Below the pieces are notes generated by a model. The model ran no database searches. It was not told the DNA's origin and saw only the letters and a program-made list of their open reading frames with translations. This document shows positions 11,679-22,187 of a DNA stretch of 64,000 bases, one piece after another. This DNA is from Methanomassiliicoccaceae archaeon (GTDB lineage Archaea; Thermoplasmatota; Thermoplasmata; Methanomassiliicoccales; Methanomassiliicoccaceae), in contig CAVSJV010000005.1 of assembly GCA_963728405.1 (NCBI GenBank), positions 452,435 through 516,434 of the forward strand, in the 5' to 3' direction. A program made the position numbers and the translations under genes. How positions within the stretch are numbered: the stretch's first letter is position 1; each line of letters begins with the position of its first letter.

Positions 11679-12227
11679 GTGATGTCCGAACCCTCGCGCC
11701 AGGTCGTGCTGTATGTGGCGATCAGCTTGGATGGCCGCATCGCCCGCCGGGACGGAAGCGTCGACTGGCTACCGACCGGAGGAAGCGAGGACTTTGGTTA
11801 CGGACAGTTCCTGAGCACAGTGGACACCGTGATCATGGGGCGGCGGACCTACGACCAGCTGCTGACCTTCGGCCCCTTCCCCTATGGCGGAAAGCGAACC
11901 TTCGTCTTCTCCCGCCGCCGCCAAGGAAGGGATGAGAACGCAGAGTTCGTGGACCGGGCGATCGGGCCGTTCATGGCCGCGCTGCGCTCCTCGCCCGGTA
12001 AGGATATCTGGCTGGTGGGAGGGGCCGACCTGGCCCAGGCATTCTTCAGAGCCGGGGAGGTGGACGAGGTGATCATCACCATCGTCCCTCGCGTCCTGGG
12101 GGACGGTATCGCCCTGTTCGAGGCAGGCGGTCCCGAGATCAATCTGGAGCTGGAGGAGACCAGGATCTATCCTCAGGGCCTGGTGCAGATGCGCTATGGG
12201 GTCCGAAGATCGACCCCTGGCGTATGA
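11679..12227 (+). CDS. Dihydrofolate reductase / RibD C-terminal family protein
   Basis: AISLDGRIA, MGRRTY, IWLVGGA, P.VLGDGI.LF. Confidence 0.9.
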   Translation: MMSEPSRQVVLYVAISLDGRIARRDGSVDWLPTGGSEDFGYGQFLSTVDTVIMGRRTYDQLLTFGPFPYGGKRTFVFSRRRQGRDENAEFVDRAIGPFMAALRSSPGKDIWLVGGADLAQAFFRAGEVDEVIITIVPRVLGDGIALFEAGGPEINLELEETRIYPQGLVQMRYGVRRSTPGV

Positions 12228-12230
12228 TCC

Positions 12231-13343
12231 TCACTCGTGCATGGCCTTGAGCGCCTGTTGCTTCATCCCCGAACGATCGACCAGCTGCTTCACCCCTGGC
12301 AGCGAGCTTATCTTGGCCATCGCTCTGACGGTACCCCGCTTGGCCTGTATCCTCAACAAGGGCCGGTCCCTCGCTCCGAGGCGGTACTTGAACTCCTCGG
12401 GCCCCGCCCCGAAGTCGAACTGGGTGAAGCCAGCGTTCCTGGCTTCGTTCATCGCGTAGATGGCGACGAGATTGCCGGGCGAGTATTCCGAATACCGGTT
12501 GTTCATCCCTACCCGGTAGGCACGCATTACGTCGCCGTCCTCCAGGCACAGCATCTGCGAGGCCAGGGAGCCGTCGATCCACACCTCGTAGACCATCCCT
12601 CTTCCTTCCTGCACCGTGGCCATCATGACATCCTTGAGGAACGAAGAGAGGTTCTCGTTGCTGAATATACTCCCTCCCTTCTCCTCCCATCTCTCCATGT
12701 GCTGGAGCGCATACATTCCGGTGGCCTCGGCCGCCTCTTCCGGCAGGTCGACGCAACGGTAGCCGACGCGGCTCTCCTCTTCCAGCGAGCCGATGGCCTT
12801 CCGTATCGTCCGCTTGGTCCGGGACGATACGACGTCCATGACATCGCCCGATACCGGAAGTTCGGTGCGAGGGCACGGGATGCGTACCAGCTCATCGGTC
12901 TCCCAGCGATCGGACACCTGCTCATAGAGGGCCTGGGTCACCGGGTCGTCCTTCATCTCGTTGAGGTGCAAAACGTTCCAATCGAGGTCGTCCATCTGTT
13001 CGATGATGACGTCCAGCACGTCCTCGCGATTTTCCATTATCATGAGCCCCAGGTCGTAAAGCTCAGCCACTCCGGCTCCGTTCCCGACCATGGAGAGCTT
13101 CTTCATCTTGATGCCCATGGAACGATGTTCCATGACCACGAAGGGGGCGAGGCCCACCAACTCGCCGTCCTCCTCCACCAGCACGACGCGGGGTAGAGCG
13201 ACGCGATCGAAGTGCCTCAGCCACTCGATGGCCCAATCGAAGGAGGAGAAGATGGAGCCGCCACACCGCTTCCGCAGCTCCTCCCATTCAGGTTGAATGG
13301 CCAGGAGGTCGGCGGTGGAATCGATGGTCCGGGCCCTCAGCAT
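12231..13343 (-). CDS. GNAT acetyltransferase, CelD/BcsL (Acetyltransf_6) type
   Basis: F.S.DW...W, LVGLAPF, YSPGNL, FDFGAG.EEFKYR. Confidence 0.85.
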   Translation of the reverse strand: MLRARTIDSTADLLAIQPEWEELRKRCGGSIFSSFDWAIEWLRHFDRVALPRVVLVEEDGELVGLAPFVVMEHRSMGIKMKKLSMVGNGAGVAELYDLGLMIMENREDVLDVIIEQMDDLDWNVLHLNEMKDDPVTQALYEQVSDRWETDELVRIPCPRTELPVSGDVMDVVSSRTKRTIRKAIGSLEEESRVGYRCVDLPEEAAEATGMYALQHMERWEEKGGSIFSNENLSSFLKDVMMATVQEGRGMVYEVWIDGSLASQMLCLEDGDVMRAYRVGMNNRYSEYSPGNLVAIYAMNEARNAGFTQFDFGAGPEEFKYRLGARDRPLLRIQAKRGTVRAMAKISSLPGVKQLVDRSGMKQQALKAMHE

Positions 13344-14792
13344 GGTCGTTCCTCCGCTACCATCTCTCTCCCCACATTCCCGCTCCGCTCTGACATATCA
13401 TTCATCCACTGTCCTCCCTGTCTCCTGAATAGAAATTTTAAACCTCTTACCGGCGCGGTCAGCGGCTCCTTCCTGAACTCCTTCAGATAGCTGTTCATGA
13501 TGGCCCGCCGCTTGGCCCCCTTGGCCATGCTCTCGTACATCTGCTCCGAGACGCTGGTGATGCCCTTGTCCTCGACCGACCGCAGGTCGAAGGTCCCCAT
13601 CCGGCCCCATTCCTCCAGGCTCTGGGGGATCTCGAAACCCTCTTGGACCGCCAGGTCAAACAGCGGTGTCCCGGGGTAGGGCATGTAGACGAGGAACTCG
13701 GTGAAATCCGGCCTGATCTCCTTGAGCAGCCGGTCGGTGTCCTTGATGTCCTCCACCGTCTCGGTGGGGAGGGCGTTCACGAGCATGGCATAGACCTCCA
13801 TGCCTGCCGCATGGATCAGTCTTGAGGCCCGGCGGATATCCTCCACGGTGATGTCCTTGCGGACCAGGTCCAACATGCGCTGCGAGCCGGACTCGATGCC
13901 CATGAGCACCTGCGTGCAGCCTGCGGACCTCATCGTCCTCAGGAGCTCCTCGTTGATCATGTCCGCTCTGATCTCGCAGTTCCAGATGATGTCTAGATTG
14001 CTCTCTCTAATCATGGTGCAGATGTTGCCCACCCGCGCCGGGTCGGTGGCGAACAGATCGTCGATGATGATGAACCCGCCCAGCCGGGGGTCCAGGTCCA
14101 ACAGCCAGCGCATCTCCTTGACCACCATCTCGGGGGAACGGGCGTTCCACTTGTAGCCCCACATGCTCTTGGTGTAGCAGAAGGTGCAGTTACCTGGGCA
14201 GCCTCTGCTGGTGACGATCGGCATGACAGTTCCGGCCTTGCAGCGGGACATGGTATCGCGAGAGGTCCCCTAGGTCCTCCCACAGAGGGAACGGTAATGA
14301 GTCGAGGTCCACGATGCGGTCCCGAGGTAGGGTGCGAACGAGCTTTCCGTCATCTAGGTAAGCGATACCGTTGACCAGGCGGGGATCGGTACCGCTCCTC
14401 AATGCTTCCAGCAGCTCCGTGGCGGTCACCTCCCCTTCGCCGATGATGAGGTAGTCGACCGGACCTTCTTTCAGCATGATCTCGGGCAGGATGGCCGGCC
14501 CCGGCCCGCCCCATAGGACCTTCGCCCCTAGCTCCTTGGCCCTCTGGCTTACCACCATCGCCCGGGCGATGGCCGAGCTGATCTTCACATGGACGCCGAC
14601 CACATCCGGTCTCAACTCTTCGAGGAGAGCGAGCTTTGTCTCATCGATGGGGTCCCCGCTCCAATCGAGCAGGATGACATCGAACCCCTTCTGCCGGAGG
14701 TATGCGCCGACGGTCATGATGCCGAACGGCGGGGCCACTCTTAGCTCGGCCTCACCGGGCATGAAGCCCACGTTGACGAGTGCGATCCTCAT
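13337..14792 (-). CDS. Cobalamin-binding radical SAM protein (class B-like); one apparent frameshift at 14228
   Basis: ORFs 14190..14792 (PPFGI, B12-binding domain, GEGE) and 13337..14251 (TSRGCPGNCTFC, GIESGS, PYPGTPL) join if A14228 is removed. Confidence 0.88.
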
Positions 14793-15974
14793 CCGGCCAC
14801 CTCCGCCAGTTCCATATAGGCGCGCAGGTACCGCTCCGGAGTATGGACGTCCTCGTACCGCCGCAGGGCGTTCCCGGAGAACGTGCTCCTCATCCCCTCC
14901 TGTCGCTCGAGCATGCGCATGGCCGAGCCGATGCTCTCGGCGGTGGTGTCGGTCACGATCCCGGCGCCGTCGGCAACCAGTTCGGGAAGGCCGCCGTTAG
15001 CCGATACGATCAGCGGCGTTCCGACCGAGAGCGCTTCTATGCATGAGAGTGGGGAGTTCTCCTGGCAGGTGGACGGTGAGAGAATGGCTATGGCCGACGA
15101 TACCTCCGCCAGCAGCTCCTTGCGGCCGAGGAAGCCCAGGGCCCTTATCCTTCCGCCGGTCCTTCCTCCATACTCGCTAACCATCGGCTCCAGACTGCCC
15201 CGGCCCAGCACGTGCAGCTCCGAACGGACATCGCACAGCTCGTATCCTTTCAGCAGGAGGTCCAGCCCTTTATGGGGCTCCAGGACGCCAGCGAAAACGA
15301 AGTGGTCCCGTGGTCCGGGGTTCGCGACCTCGTCCGGCCGGGGGACGAAGTTGGGGAGCACCATCGAGCTGATGCCCAGCCTCTCCTTCAGGAACGACGC
15401 CATGTAGTGCGACGGGGCGATCATGCGGTCCACCACCCCGACCTTCTCAACGGAACCATTCATCCGCCATAGCTGGGGCGGGCGGCCTGAACGCAGGGAG
15501 CAGTAGTTGCAGGACCCTCCTACGCACTTCTCCTTCCCCAGATAGGCGAGGTCGCTTCGCGGGCAGGCCAGCCAGTGATCGTGCGAGGTGAACAGCTTAG
15601 GGACGGACCCCACCGACAGCAGGCCCTGGCCCAGCAGAGAGATGTTATGATGATGGATCCAGTCCGGCCGCACCTCGATCGTCAGGCGCTCCAGCTCGCG
15701 CTCCGCGGCCCGGCTTGAGCCGGTGACGTAGGTCAGTGATGCGGCTATGGGGCCGAGCGCCGTCTCCACCGGGTGGACGTGGACCTCCGAGGCCGCTGGC
15801 TCCGGATGCTTCCCCCTGGCCTTGAGCGCGAAGGCGTCCTGGCTGTGTAGCACGTGGACCTCATGGCCTCGTTTGGTCAGCTCCTCCGCTAGATATCGGA
15901 CAGTGGATAGCGTCCCCGCCTAAGTGAAAAGGGGGGTAGAATGTCGATGTCATGATGATCCGTCTGGTCTCCAT
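14789..15974 (-). CDS. Glycosyltransferase family 4; one apparent frameshift at 15902
   Basis: TFYPP..LGG N-terminus joins RYLAEELTKRGHEVHV, HKG, ENSPLSCIEA if A15902 is removed. Confidence 0.88.
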
Positions 15975-15982
15975 CTCTCCAC

Positions 15983-17419
15983 CTAGTGTGCGTGTTTCAT
16001 CCCATGGAACAAATAGTTGTTGGCAATCTTTAGTGCGTACCGTATAGCCAGGTCCAGGTCCGCCGGCTCCAACAGGACGTGCTTGATATTGGACCGCCAC
16101 CATCGGCCGGAGGTATACAGGGTGCGGTAGGCCATCTCCCTCGCCTTGTTGAGGTCCTGAGGGGTCAGTTTTTCCGTCCCCACCACCGCCTCGTCCTGGA
16201 ACATCTTGCGGAAGTCCGGCTCGGCCACCAGATGCTTCCCGTAGATCTGCTCATGCAGCCTGGTGCCGGGATAGGGAACGGCGACGTTGAACTGGGCCGA
16301 GGTCGGCAGGGTCTGGCGAACGAACTCCAAGGTCTCCTCAACGCTGTCCCAATCCTCTCCGGGCAGGCCAAGTATGAACGAACAGAAGGTCTTGATGCCC
16401 TCGGCCTTGGCGCTCTGCACTGCTTCCCTCGCCTGCTCCACACTGATGTGCTTCTCCACCGAATCGAGGATGCGCTGGCTCCCTGACTCGATGCCGAAGG
16501 ATATGCCCCGGCAACCGGCTCTCCGCATCTGGGCCAGCAGCTCGCGGTCCACCAGATGGGCGCGGGTGTTGCAGTACCACTTGATGCGCAGGTCTTCCTC
16601 CTCCAGCAGACGGCAGATCTCCTCCACCCGCTTCCGGTTGAAGGTGAACGTCTCGTCGAAGAAGGATGCCGTCCTCAAGCCATAGCGCTCCTTGAGGAAT
16701 CGCAGCTCCTCGAGGATGTGCGGGGCGGTCCGCATCTTCCAGGGAGTGCCGGATACGGTGCAGAAGGAGCATTTGTAAGGGCAGCCCTTGCTGGTGTACA
16801 GTATGGTGTATGGCCGTCCGGCCGGCGCAGTGACGAAGTAGGGCTTGAGGTCCGGCAGCAGGTCGAAGGCGGGGATCGGTAGCGAATCATAGTCCTTCAG
16901 CGGCGTTGGATCGCCGGTGGTCCGAACATCTCCCCCCTGACGGTAGGCCAGGCCCGCCACGCTGTCCAGGGAGACCCCCTGGTCCAGCGCCTCCACCAGC
17001 TGGGGCACGACGACCTCATAGTCCTGGCGAACATAGGTATCCATGTTCGGCTCGCCGGCCATCACCGGATGGGGCATGGTGCGTAGGGTCCAGCAGATGC
17101 CGGCCGTATGGATGCTTCTGTCGATCTCCTTGATCGTTGAAGCGGTCCGTTGGTCCCAATCGAAGGTGGTCGGGGTGAACCGATAGATGGCCACATCGGG
17201 CCGGAAGCTCCGGACACGATCGCTCAGCGCCTCATAGTCCAGGTCCCGGCCGTTGAGATCGATCAGGGAGACCTGATGCCCCGCGTTCCGCAACAGGGCC
17301 CCGAGCTGCAGGAGCGAGTAGGGCTCCAAGATCGAGTACCGCTCGGTGACCTCACATCTTTCCTCCCGTATCACTGCCACTCCCTCAAAACGGGGTGGGT
17401 TGGCCAGCAGAACCTTCAG
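15983..17419 (-). CDS. Cobalamin-binding radical SAM protein (class B-like), probable CTG start
   Basis: (M)KVLLANPP N-terminus, TSKGCPYKCSFC, FFDETF, GIESGS, GLPGE, PYPGT. Confidence 0.9.
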   Translation of the reverse strand: MKVLLANPPRFEGVAVIREERCEVTERYSILEPYSLLQLGALLRNAGHQVSLIDLNGRDLDYEALSDRVRSFRPDVAIYRFTPTTFDWDQRTASTIKEIDRSIHTAGICWTLRTMPHPVMAGEPNMDTYVRQDYEVVVPQLVEALDQGVSLDSVAGLAYRQGGDVRTTGDPTPLKDYDSLPIPAFDLLPDLKPYFVTAPAGRPYTILYTSKGCPYKCSFCTVSGTPWKMRTAPHILEELRFLKERYGLRTASFFDETFTFNRKRVEEICRLLEEEDLRIKWYCNTRAHLVDRELLAQMRRAGCRGISFGIESGSQRILDSVEKHISVEQAREAVQSAKAEGIKTFCSFILGLPGEDWDSVEETLEFVRQTLPTSAQFNVAVPYPGTRLHEQIYGKHLVAEPDFRKMFQDEAVVGTEKLTPQDLNKAREMAYRTLYTSGRWWRSNIKHVLLEPADLDLAIRYALKIANNYLFHGMKHAH

Positions 17420-18603
17420 GACGATCCCTCCAATGTTTTCTTATATACTTCAGCGGTGCGCTGGGCCATCACCGTGGCGCTGAACTCCTCGGTGACCTTG
17501 TCCCTCGCCCGCACACACATCGATCGGGTCGAGCGATGATCGTTGAGGATGGCCTGTATCCCGTCCGCCAGGGCGCCCGCATCGCGGGGAGGCACCAGCA
17601 GCCCGGTCGAGCCAGGCGATATCATCTCCGGGACGCCGCCGACCGATGACGCGATGACCGGGGTCCCCGAGGCCATGGCCTCAAGGAGGGTCATGGGAAA
17701 GCTCTCCGAATATGAAGGGAGCATGAACGCCGATGCCAGCGGATAGAGGTAAGGCATCTGGTCGTACGCTATCGGTCCGAGGAAGCGGCACCTATGTTCT
17801 GGCAATCCCAACCGGGAGGCCATATGTTTCCACTGCTCCACGTCGCCGTTCCCCGCGAAGATGAAGGTCGGCCGCAGGGACTTGTCCATCATCGAAGCGG
17901 CCTTGAGGGCGGTGGAGATGCCCTTCAGGGCGATCATGCGGCCGGAGAATAGCACGATGTTCTCCACTCCCTCGAGGGACGGGAAGTGGGACAGGCAATC
18001 GTTGATGCTCTTTGGGGAGAACATGTTGGTATCGATCCCATTGTGGATGACCTTCGATGGGCAATCCACCCCCAGCCGGTCCTGGCACCAGTCGCGTATG
18101 AACTCGGAGACGAAGATAAGGGAGGAGCAACGCCGCATGTACAGACGTTCGGCCGTGCTCAGGAGCGGAAGCAGGAACAGGGTCATGCGCTCCGATCGCT
18201 CCAACTGCCGGATCGGCAGCTCCGAGGACCGGGTACCCATACGCTGCGAGCCAATGGTACTGTGGACAGTGGTGACCGAAGGCACTTCCTCGCCGAGCAC
18301 CTTGAACATGATGTCCGCCATCTGGGCGTGGTTCGAATGCAGGAGATCGAAATGATAGGCGTCGTTCAGCTGCCGGAAGGAGCGCCAGAGAGCGATCTGG
18401 AACTGGTTATTGTACATGAAGGTGTCCTTGGCCGTGCCGAGGGAATGGATGATGACGTTGTCCACCTGAGGCATTTTTCCTTCCTTGCCTAGGCAGATGA
18501 CATGCACCTCGTGCTCGGGCGAGAGGTTGTTGGCCAACTGGAGGACGTAGCTACCTACCCCGCCCCAGCTGAGGAACTCCGGCGTTACCATGGCTACACG
18601 CAA
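17416..18603 (-). CDS. Glycosyltransferase family 4
   Basis: TPEF..WGG, VIHNGID, GR....KG, ESFPMTLLEAMASG. Confidence 0.92.
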   Translation of the reverse strand: MRVAMVTPEFLSWGGVGSYVLQLANNLSPEHEVHVICLGKEGKMPQVDNVIIHSLGTAKDTFMYNNQFQIALWRSFRQLNDAYHFDLLHSNHAQMADIMFKVLGEEVPSVTTVHSTIGSQRMGTRSSELPIRQLERSERMTLFLLPLLSTAERLYMRRCSSLIFVSEFIRDWCQDRLGVDCPSKVIHNGIDTNMFSPKSINDCLSHFPSLEGVENIVLFSGRMIALKGISTALKAASMMDKSLRPTFIFAGNGDVEQWKHMASRLGLPEHRCRFLGPIAYDQMPYLYPLASAFMLPSYSESFPMTLLEAMASGTPVIASSVGGVPEMISPGSTGLLVPPRDAGALADGIQAILNDHRSTRSMCVRARDKVTEEFSATVMAQRTAEVYKKTLEGSS

Positions 18604-18613
18604 GATCTCACGC

Positions 18614-19459
18614 TCAGAGGATTTGGAATGGTGTAGGGGTCGGGGACTTCTCCGACCTCTTTGTCATGTTCATGTCGAACTCCCCCTGTGCGCTCCAGAA
18701 CCGCCGCTCCAGCAGCTTGGTCATGATGGTAAAGCCTGCCTTGAGGGGGACCAGCTTCGTCTCTCCGGCCCGGGGCAGGTAGATGATGGGGATCTCCTCT
18801 ACTCTTAGCCCCTTCTTGCTCGATTCGGCGAACAGCTCAGCCTCTAGCTCGAAATGCTTGGAGTTCAGTTCCAGCGTTCTAAGGGCCTGTCCATTGAACC
18901 CCCACATGCCTGTGCAGAGGTCGGTGCAGCGCTGCTGGTAGAGCAGGGATGCGAAATCGCTGAGCAGGATGTTCCCGAAATGGTTCAGCCGGGTCATTGC
19001 CCCTTCATGGATGTCTCCGAGGAAACGGGAGCCCATGACCACGTCCGCTCCCCTCTCCAAGGAGGAGACGACATCGAGTATGAACCGCGGCGGATAGGTG
19101 CCGTCGGCGTCGAGCATGATCAGATACCTGGCGTCTAGCATGGAGGCCAGGTCGGAGAATCGCGAGCACAGCCCCCCGCGTAGAGCCAAAACCTCGGGAA
19201 CGACCTCCTGGGGATCGCACAGGGCGAGGGCCTGTCGCACTGCCACTCCCTTCCCCCGGCCTTTCTGCACCAGGATGTAGGCGCCCTTCTCACGGGCGAT
19301 GTCAAGGGTCCGGTCGGTCGAATTCCCGTCGACCACCACCACTCGCACATCGAACCCCTGACGTGCTAGTTCCTCGCGGGGAATAGCATCGATAACATGG
19401 CCTATGCTGCCCTCTTCGTTCAATGCGGGGATCATGACCACGATCTTGGCCGCAATCAC
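18614..19459 (-). CDS. Glycosyltransferase family 2 (DPM-synthase-like)
   Basis: IPALNEE, VVDGNSTD.T, LDADGTY, GSRF, D...G, FELE.E, R.GETK. Confidence 0.9.
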   Translation of the reverse strand: MIAAKIVVMIPALNEEGSIGHVIDAIPREELARQGFDVRVVVVDGNSTDRTLDIAREKGAYILVQKGRGKGVAVRQALALCDPQEVVPEVLALRGGLCSRFSDLASMLDARYLIMLDADGTYPPRFILDVVSSLERGADVVMGSRFLGDIHEGAMTRLNHFGNILLSDFASLLYQQRCTDLCTGMWGFNGQALRTLELNSKHFELEAELFAESSKKGLRVEEIPIIYLPRAGETKLVPLKAGFTIMTKLLERRFWSAQGEFDMNMTKRSEKSPTPTPFQIL

Positions 19460-19665
19460 TGGGACCCCCTCCTTCTGACAAAGCTTGCGCTAGTATACAC
19501 AATCCCAACACGCTCGATACGAACCACCCCTACTTTTGTTAAAGACTATTCATAAGGTTTAGCCAGTATTCTGATTTTTGTTGCACGACCGGAAAATTTA
19601 TTTGGACCCCCCCATACTTAAAGGTTTCTCAGACCAGATATTGGCCTCTCCCGCGTGGTATGCCA

Positions 19666-20328
19666 TCAGAGGGGTCCGGTAGCCCGGCGGGGGAGGGCGG
19701 CGAGGAAGAGCAGGACGGCCACCAGGAACGTTAGGGCGAAGAACACGAGCAGCAGGGAGCGGTACAGGTCCAACCCCGGTCCGCGGGAAACGATCGCGAA
19801 ATAGATGGCCTGCAGTCCGGCCATGGCGCCCAAGGGAACGGAAAGCACGAGCAGCAGGCGCCTTTCCTTCTGATCGTATGAGCGCACCGACCTCAACGCA
19901 TCCCACGGCCGCAACGCCACCAGGAGGATAAGGGCGGAGATGGAGAACAGGATGACCTCCACCCGGATGTCGAAGGCAGTGTTGAACTCATGCAGCTGGA
20001 ACCACTCGTCCGACCACGGGTAGAGTGGCCATATTGAGCCGATGTACAGGTCCCCCAGGAGGTGGGCGCCCGCCGCCAGTAGGGCGAGGCCGATGATGGC
20101 GGGCCGGGGACGGAACAGGACGATCAGCGGCACCAGGGTGACGGCCAGCATGAGCGCGAGACCGAAGAACGAATGGGTGAACGCCCGGAGCATGCCCAGG
20201 TGCAGGAAGTCCGGCAATAGGGCGAACGTTCCCAGGCAGGCCAGCGCCAGGGCCCTCTCCCTCTTCAGGTAGACGATGAAGGGGAGGCAGATTAGGAATG
20301 AGAATGCGAGATGACCGGGGAGCCACAT
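19666..20328 (-). CDS. Membrane metal-dependent hydrolase (YdjM-like)
   Basis: MWLPGH, LPD, RAFTHS, HLLGD, LYPW motifs and several TM helices. Confidence 0.75.
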   Translation of the reverse strand: MWLPGHLAFSFLICLPFIVYLKRERALALACLGTFALLPDFLHLGMLRAFTHSFFGLALMLAVTLVPLIVLFRPRPAIIGLALLAAGAHLLGDLYIGSIWPLYPWSDEWFQLHEFNTAFDIRVEVILFSISALILLVALRPWDALRSVRSYDQKERRLLLVLSVPLGAMAGLQAIYFAIVSRGPGLDLYRSLLLVFFALTFLVAVLLFLAALPRRATGPL

Positions 20329-20507
20329 GAGAACACCGAGGGATGCCGGCAGCCCGCCGGTAGATGGTGAGATATGGGGGCGTAAAAGACTTGAAGCTTT
20401 CCTGGACCAATTATGCTGGCCATCATCTGGGTAGGGAGGCATTTGATGAGCAAGTTTAATAAGACCTAGGCTAGAATAAAAGCGCCAATGCGCCGGGAGG
20501 GGGAACG

Positions 20508-22187
20508 TTGAGGAAGGTTGAGACCACGGTCCGTCCGTCATTCCTATATCTTCTCAGCTTCACTGGCATGGCCATCTGCCTTGCTTCCTCGTTGGGATAC
20601 CAGCTGCAGTTTGTCCCCCTGGGAACGCCCTTTGGCCTGTTCGGCCTGTTGCCGGTGACCTTCTGGATCGGAATTGGGTTCATGGTGGGATCGATGGCCC
20701 TAGGCATGCGGGCCGGTTCGGAGACACTGTTCTTCGTGCAGGCCTTGTTGCTGTTCCTGGCCATTTGGGGTGTGCCCGCCTTCTTCGAGAAGTATCCCAC
20801 CGTCTGGGACTCCTACATGCATTACAACTCGGCGCTGGCCATCGCCCGTAACGGAATGGTGCCGACCGATCCGACCTTCGCCTACGCCTACAACTATCCT
20901 GGGTTCTTTGTCCTGGGGGCATCGTACTCCCTACTGGGCATCCCACCGGCTTTGGATTTCCTGAAATATTACCCGCTGTTCGCCGCCGTGTTCACTCTGG
21001 CGGCCATCTACATGTTCGTGCGGACCTACGTCCCGCGGATGGACCACCGCCTGGCGTTCCTGTTCGCGGCCTTCGTCAACGTGTGGCTGCAGTTCAATTT
21101 CTCACCCCAGTCCCTGGGGCTGGGGTGCGGGCTGCTGATATTCGTGTGCCTGGAGAGGGAGGGACGGGACTGGCGGCTCGCCGCCCTCGTGCTGTTCGCG
21201 TTCATCACCATCTCCCACCCCACCACCCTGGTCTTCGTGCTGGGGGCCATCGTCCTCAAAGAGGTCTTCGGGCGGCTGTACCGCCTCACCTTCGCCCGTA
21301 ACCGTCCCATGAAGTGGGACCGCCCGTGGCCGGTGGGAGCGTTCATACTAATCTGGCTGGGCTGGTTCTTTACCGGGGCGTCCTCCTTCTCGCTCAACCT
21401 CGTGGAGTTCATCTCCGCCCGCATCCAGTTCCTAGGCCAGATCAATGAGAGCGTGGCCAACCAGTGGAATCTTCGGGCCACTCCGGAGAACATCCTGGGC
21501 GCCCTCTACCCCCAGCTGCGCACCGGCGCGGTGGGGGTGTTCATCCTGCTGACCGGGCTGGCCCTCATCGCCTTCCTGCTGCTCCGCCGCAAAGGGCCGG
21601 CGAACTTCCCCAAAAATATCCTGGCCCTGTTCATAATTCCTTTCCTGATCATCCCCCTGGACACGCTGTTCTTCAATGGCCAGCTGTACGATCGGGGCAT
21701 CCTCTATCTAGTATTGGTAGCTCCCCTCATCTTCGTTCCTCTGCTCATGACCCGTCGCCGGAAGTTCATCCGTCCGGCCTTGGCCGCGGTGATCGTCCTG
21801 GTGGTGGTCCTGTGCCTCTCCACTCTGTACTACCAGGAGGCACTGTACATCAATAACGATCAGGGCATCGCCGCCTCCGGGTTCCTGTCTGATCAGGTTC
21901 CCCGTACCTATGTGGCCGGGGGGTACTACCCTTACGACGTCTGGAGCGGCTCGCCGGAAGGGTACCAGCGCTTGAAGATCAGCTCGTTGTATAATCAGAC
22001 CACCGAGCAGATATCGTCGTACTACGGGAGCGGGACCTTTATGTTCGACAAAACCACGGAGCTGTGGTATCGCCAGTGGGGGATAATGGATATGTACGAC
22101 TTCTATCGGGACCAGGCCCCCCACAACTACAAGGTCTACGATAACGGCGCCTACTGGGTGATGTATGTACCGAGGTCGTCGGCATGA
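20508..22187 (+). CDS. Polytopic membrane protein (~12-13 TM), possibly GT-C/polymerase-like
   Basis: Hydrophobic helices, loop WDSYMH..YPGF, SHPTT, soluble C-terminus ending KVYDNG; TTG start with GGAGG. Confidence 0.75.
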   Translation: MRKVETTVRPSFLYLLSFTGMAICLASSLGYQLQFVPLGTPFGLFGLLPVTFWIGIGFMVGSMALGMRAGSETLFFVQALLLFLAIWGVPAFFEKYPTVWDSYMHYNSALAIARNGMVPTDPTFAYAYNYPGFFVLGASYSLLGIPPALDFLKYYPLFAAVFTLAAIYMFVRTYVPRMDHRLAFLFAAFVNVWLQFNFSPQSLGLGCGLLIFVCLEREGRDWRLAALVLFAFITISHPTTLVFVLGAIVLKEVFGRLYRLTFARNRPMKWDRPWPVGAFILIWLGWFFTGASSFSLNLVEFISARIQFLGQINESVANQWNLRATPENILGALYPQLRTGAVGVFILLTGLALIAFLLLRRKGPANFPKNILALFIIPFLIIPLDTLFFNGQLYDRGILYLVLVAPLIFVPLLMTRRRKFIRPALAAVIVLVVVLCLSTLYYQEALYINNDQGIAASGFLSDQVPRTYVAGGYYPYDVWSGSPEGYQRLKISSLYNQTTEQISSYYGSGTFMFDKTTELWYRQWGIMDMYDFYRDQAPHNYKVYDNGAYWVMYVPRSSA

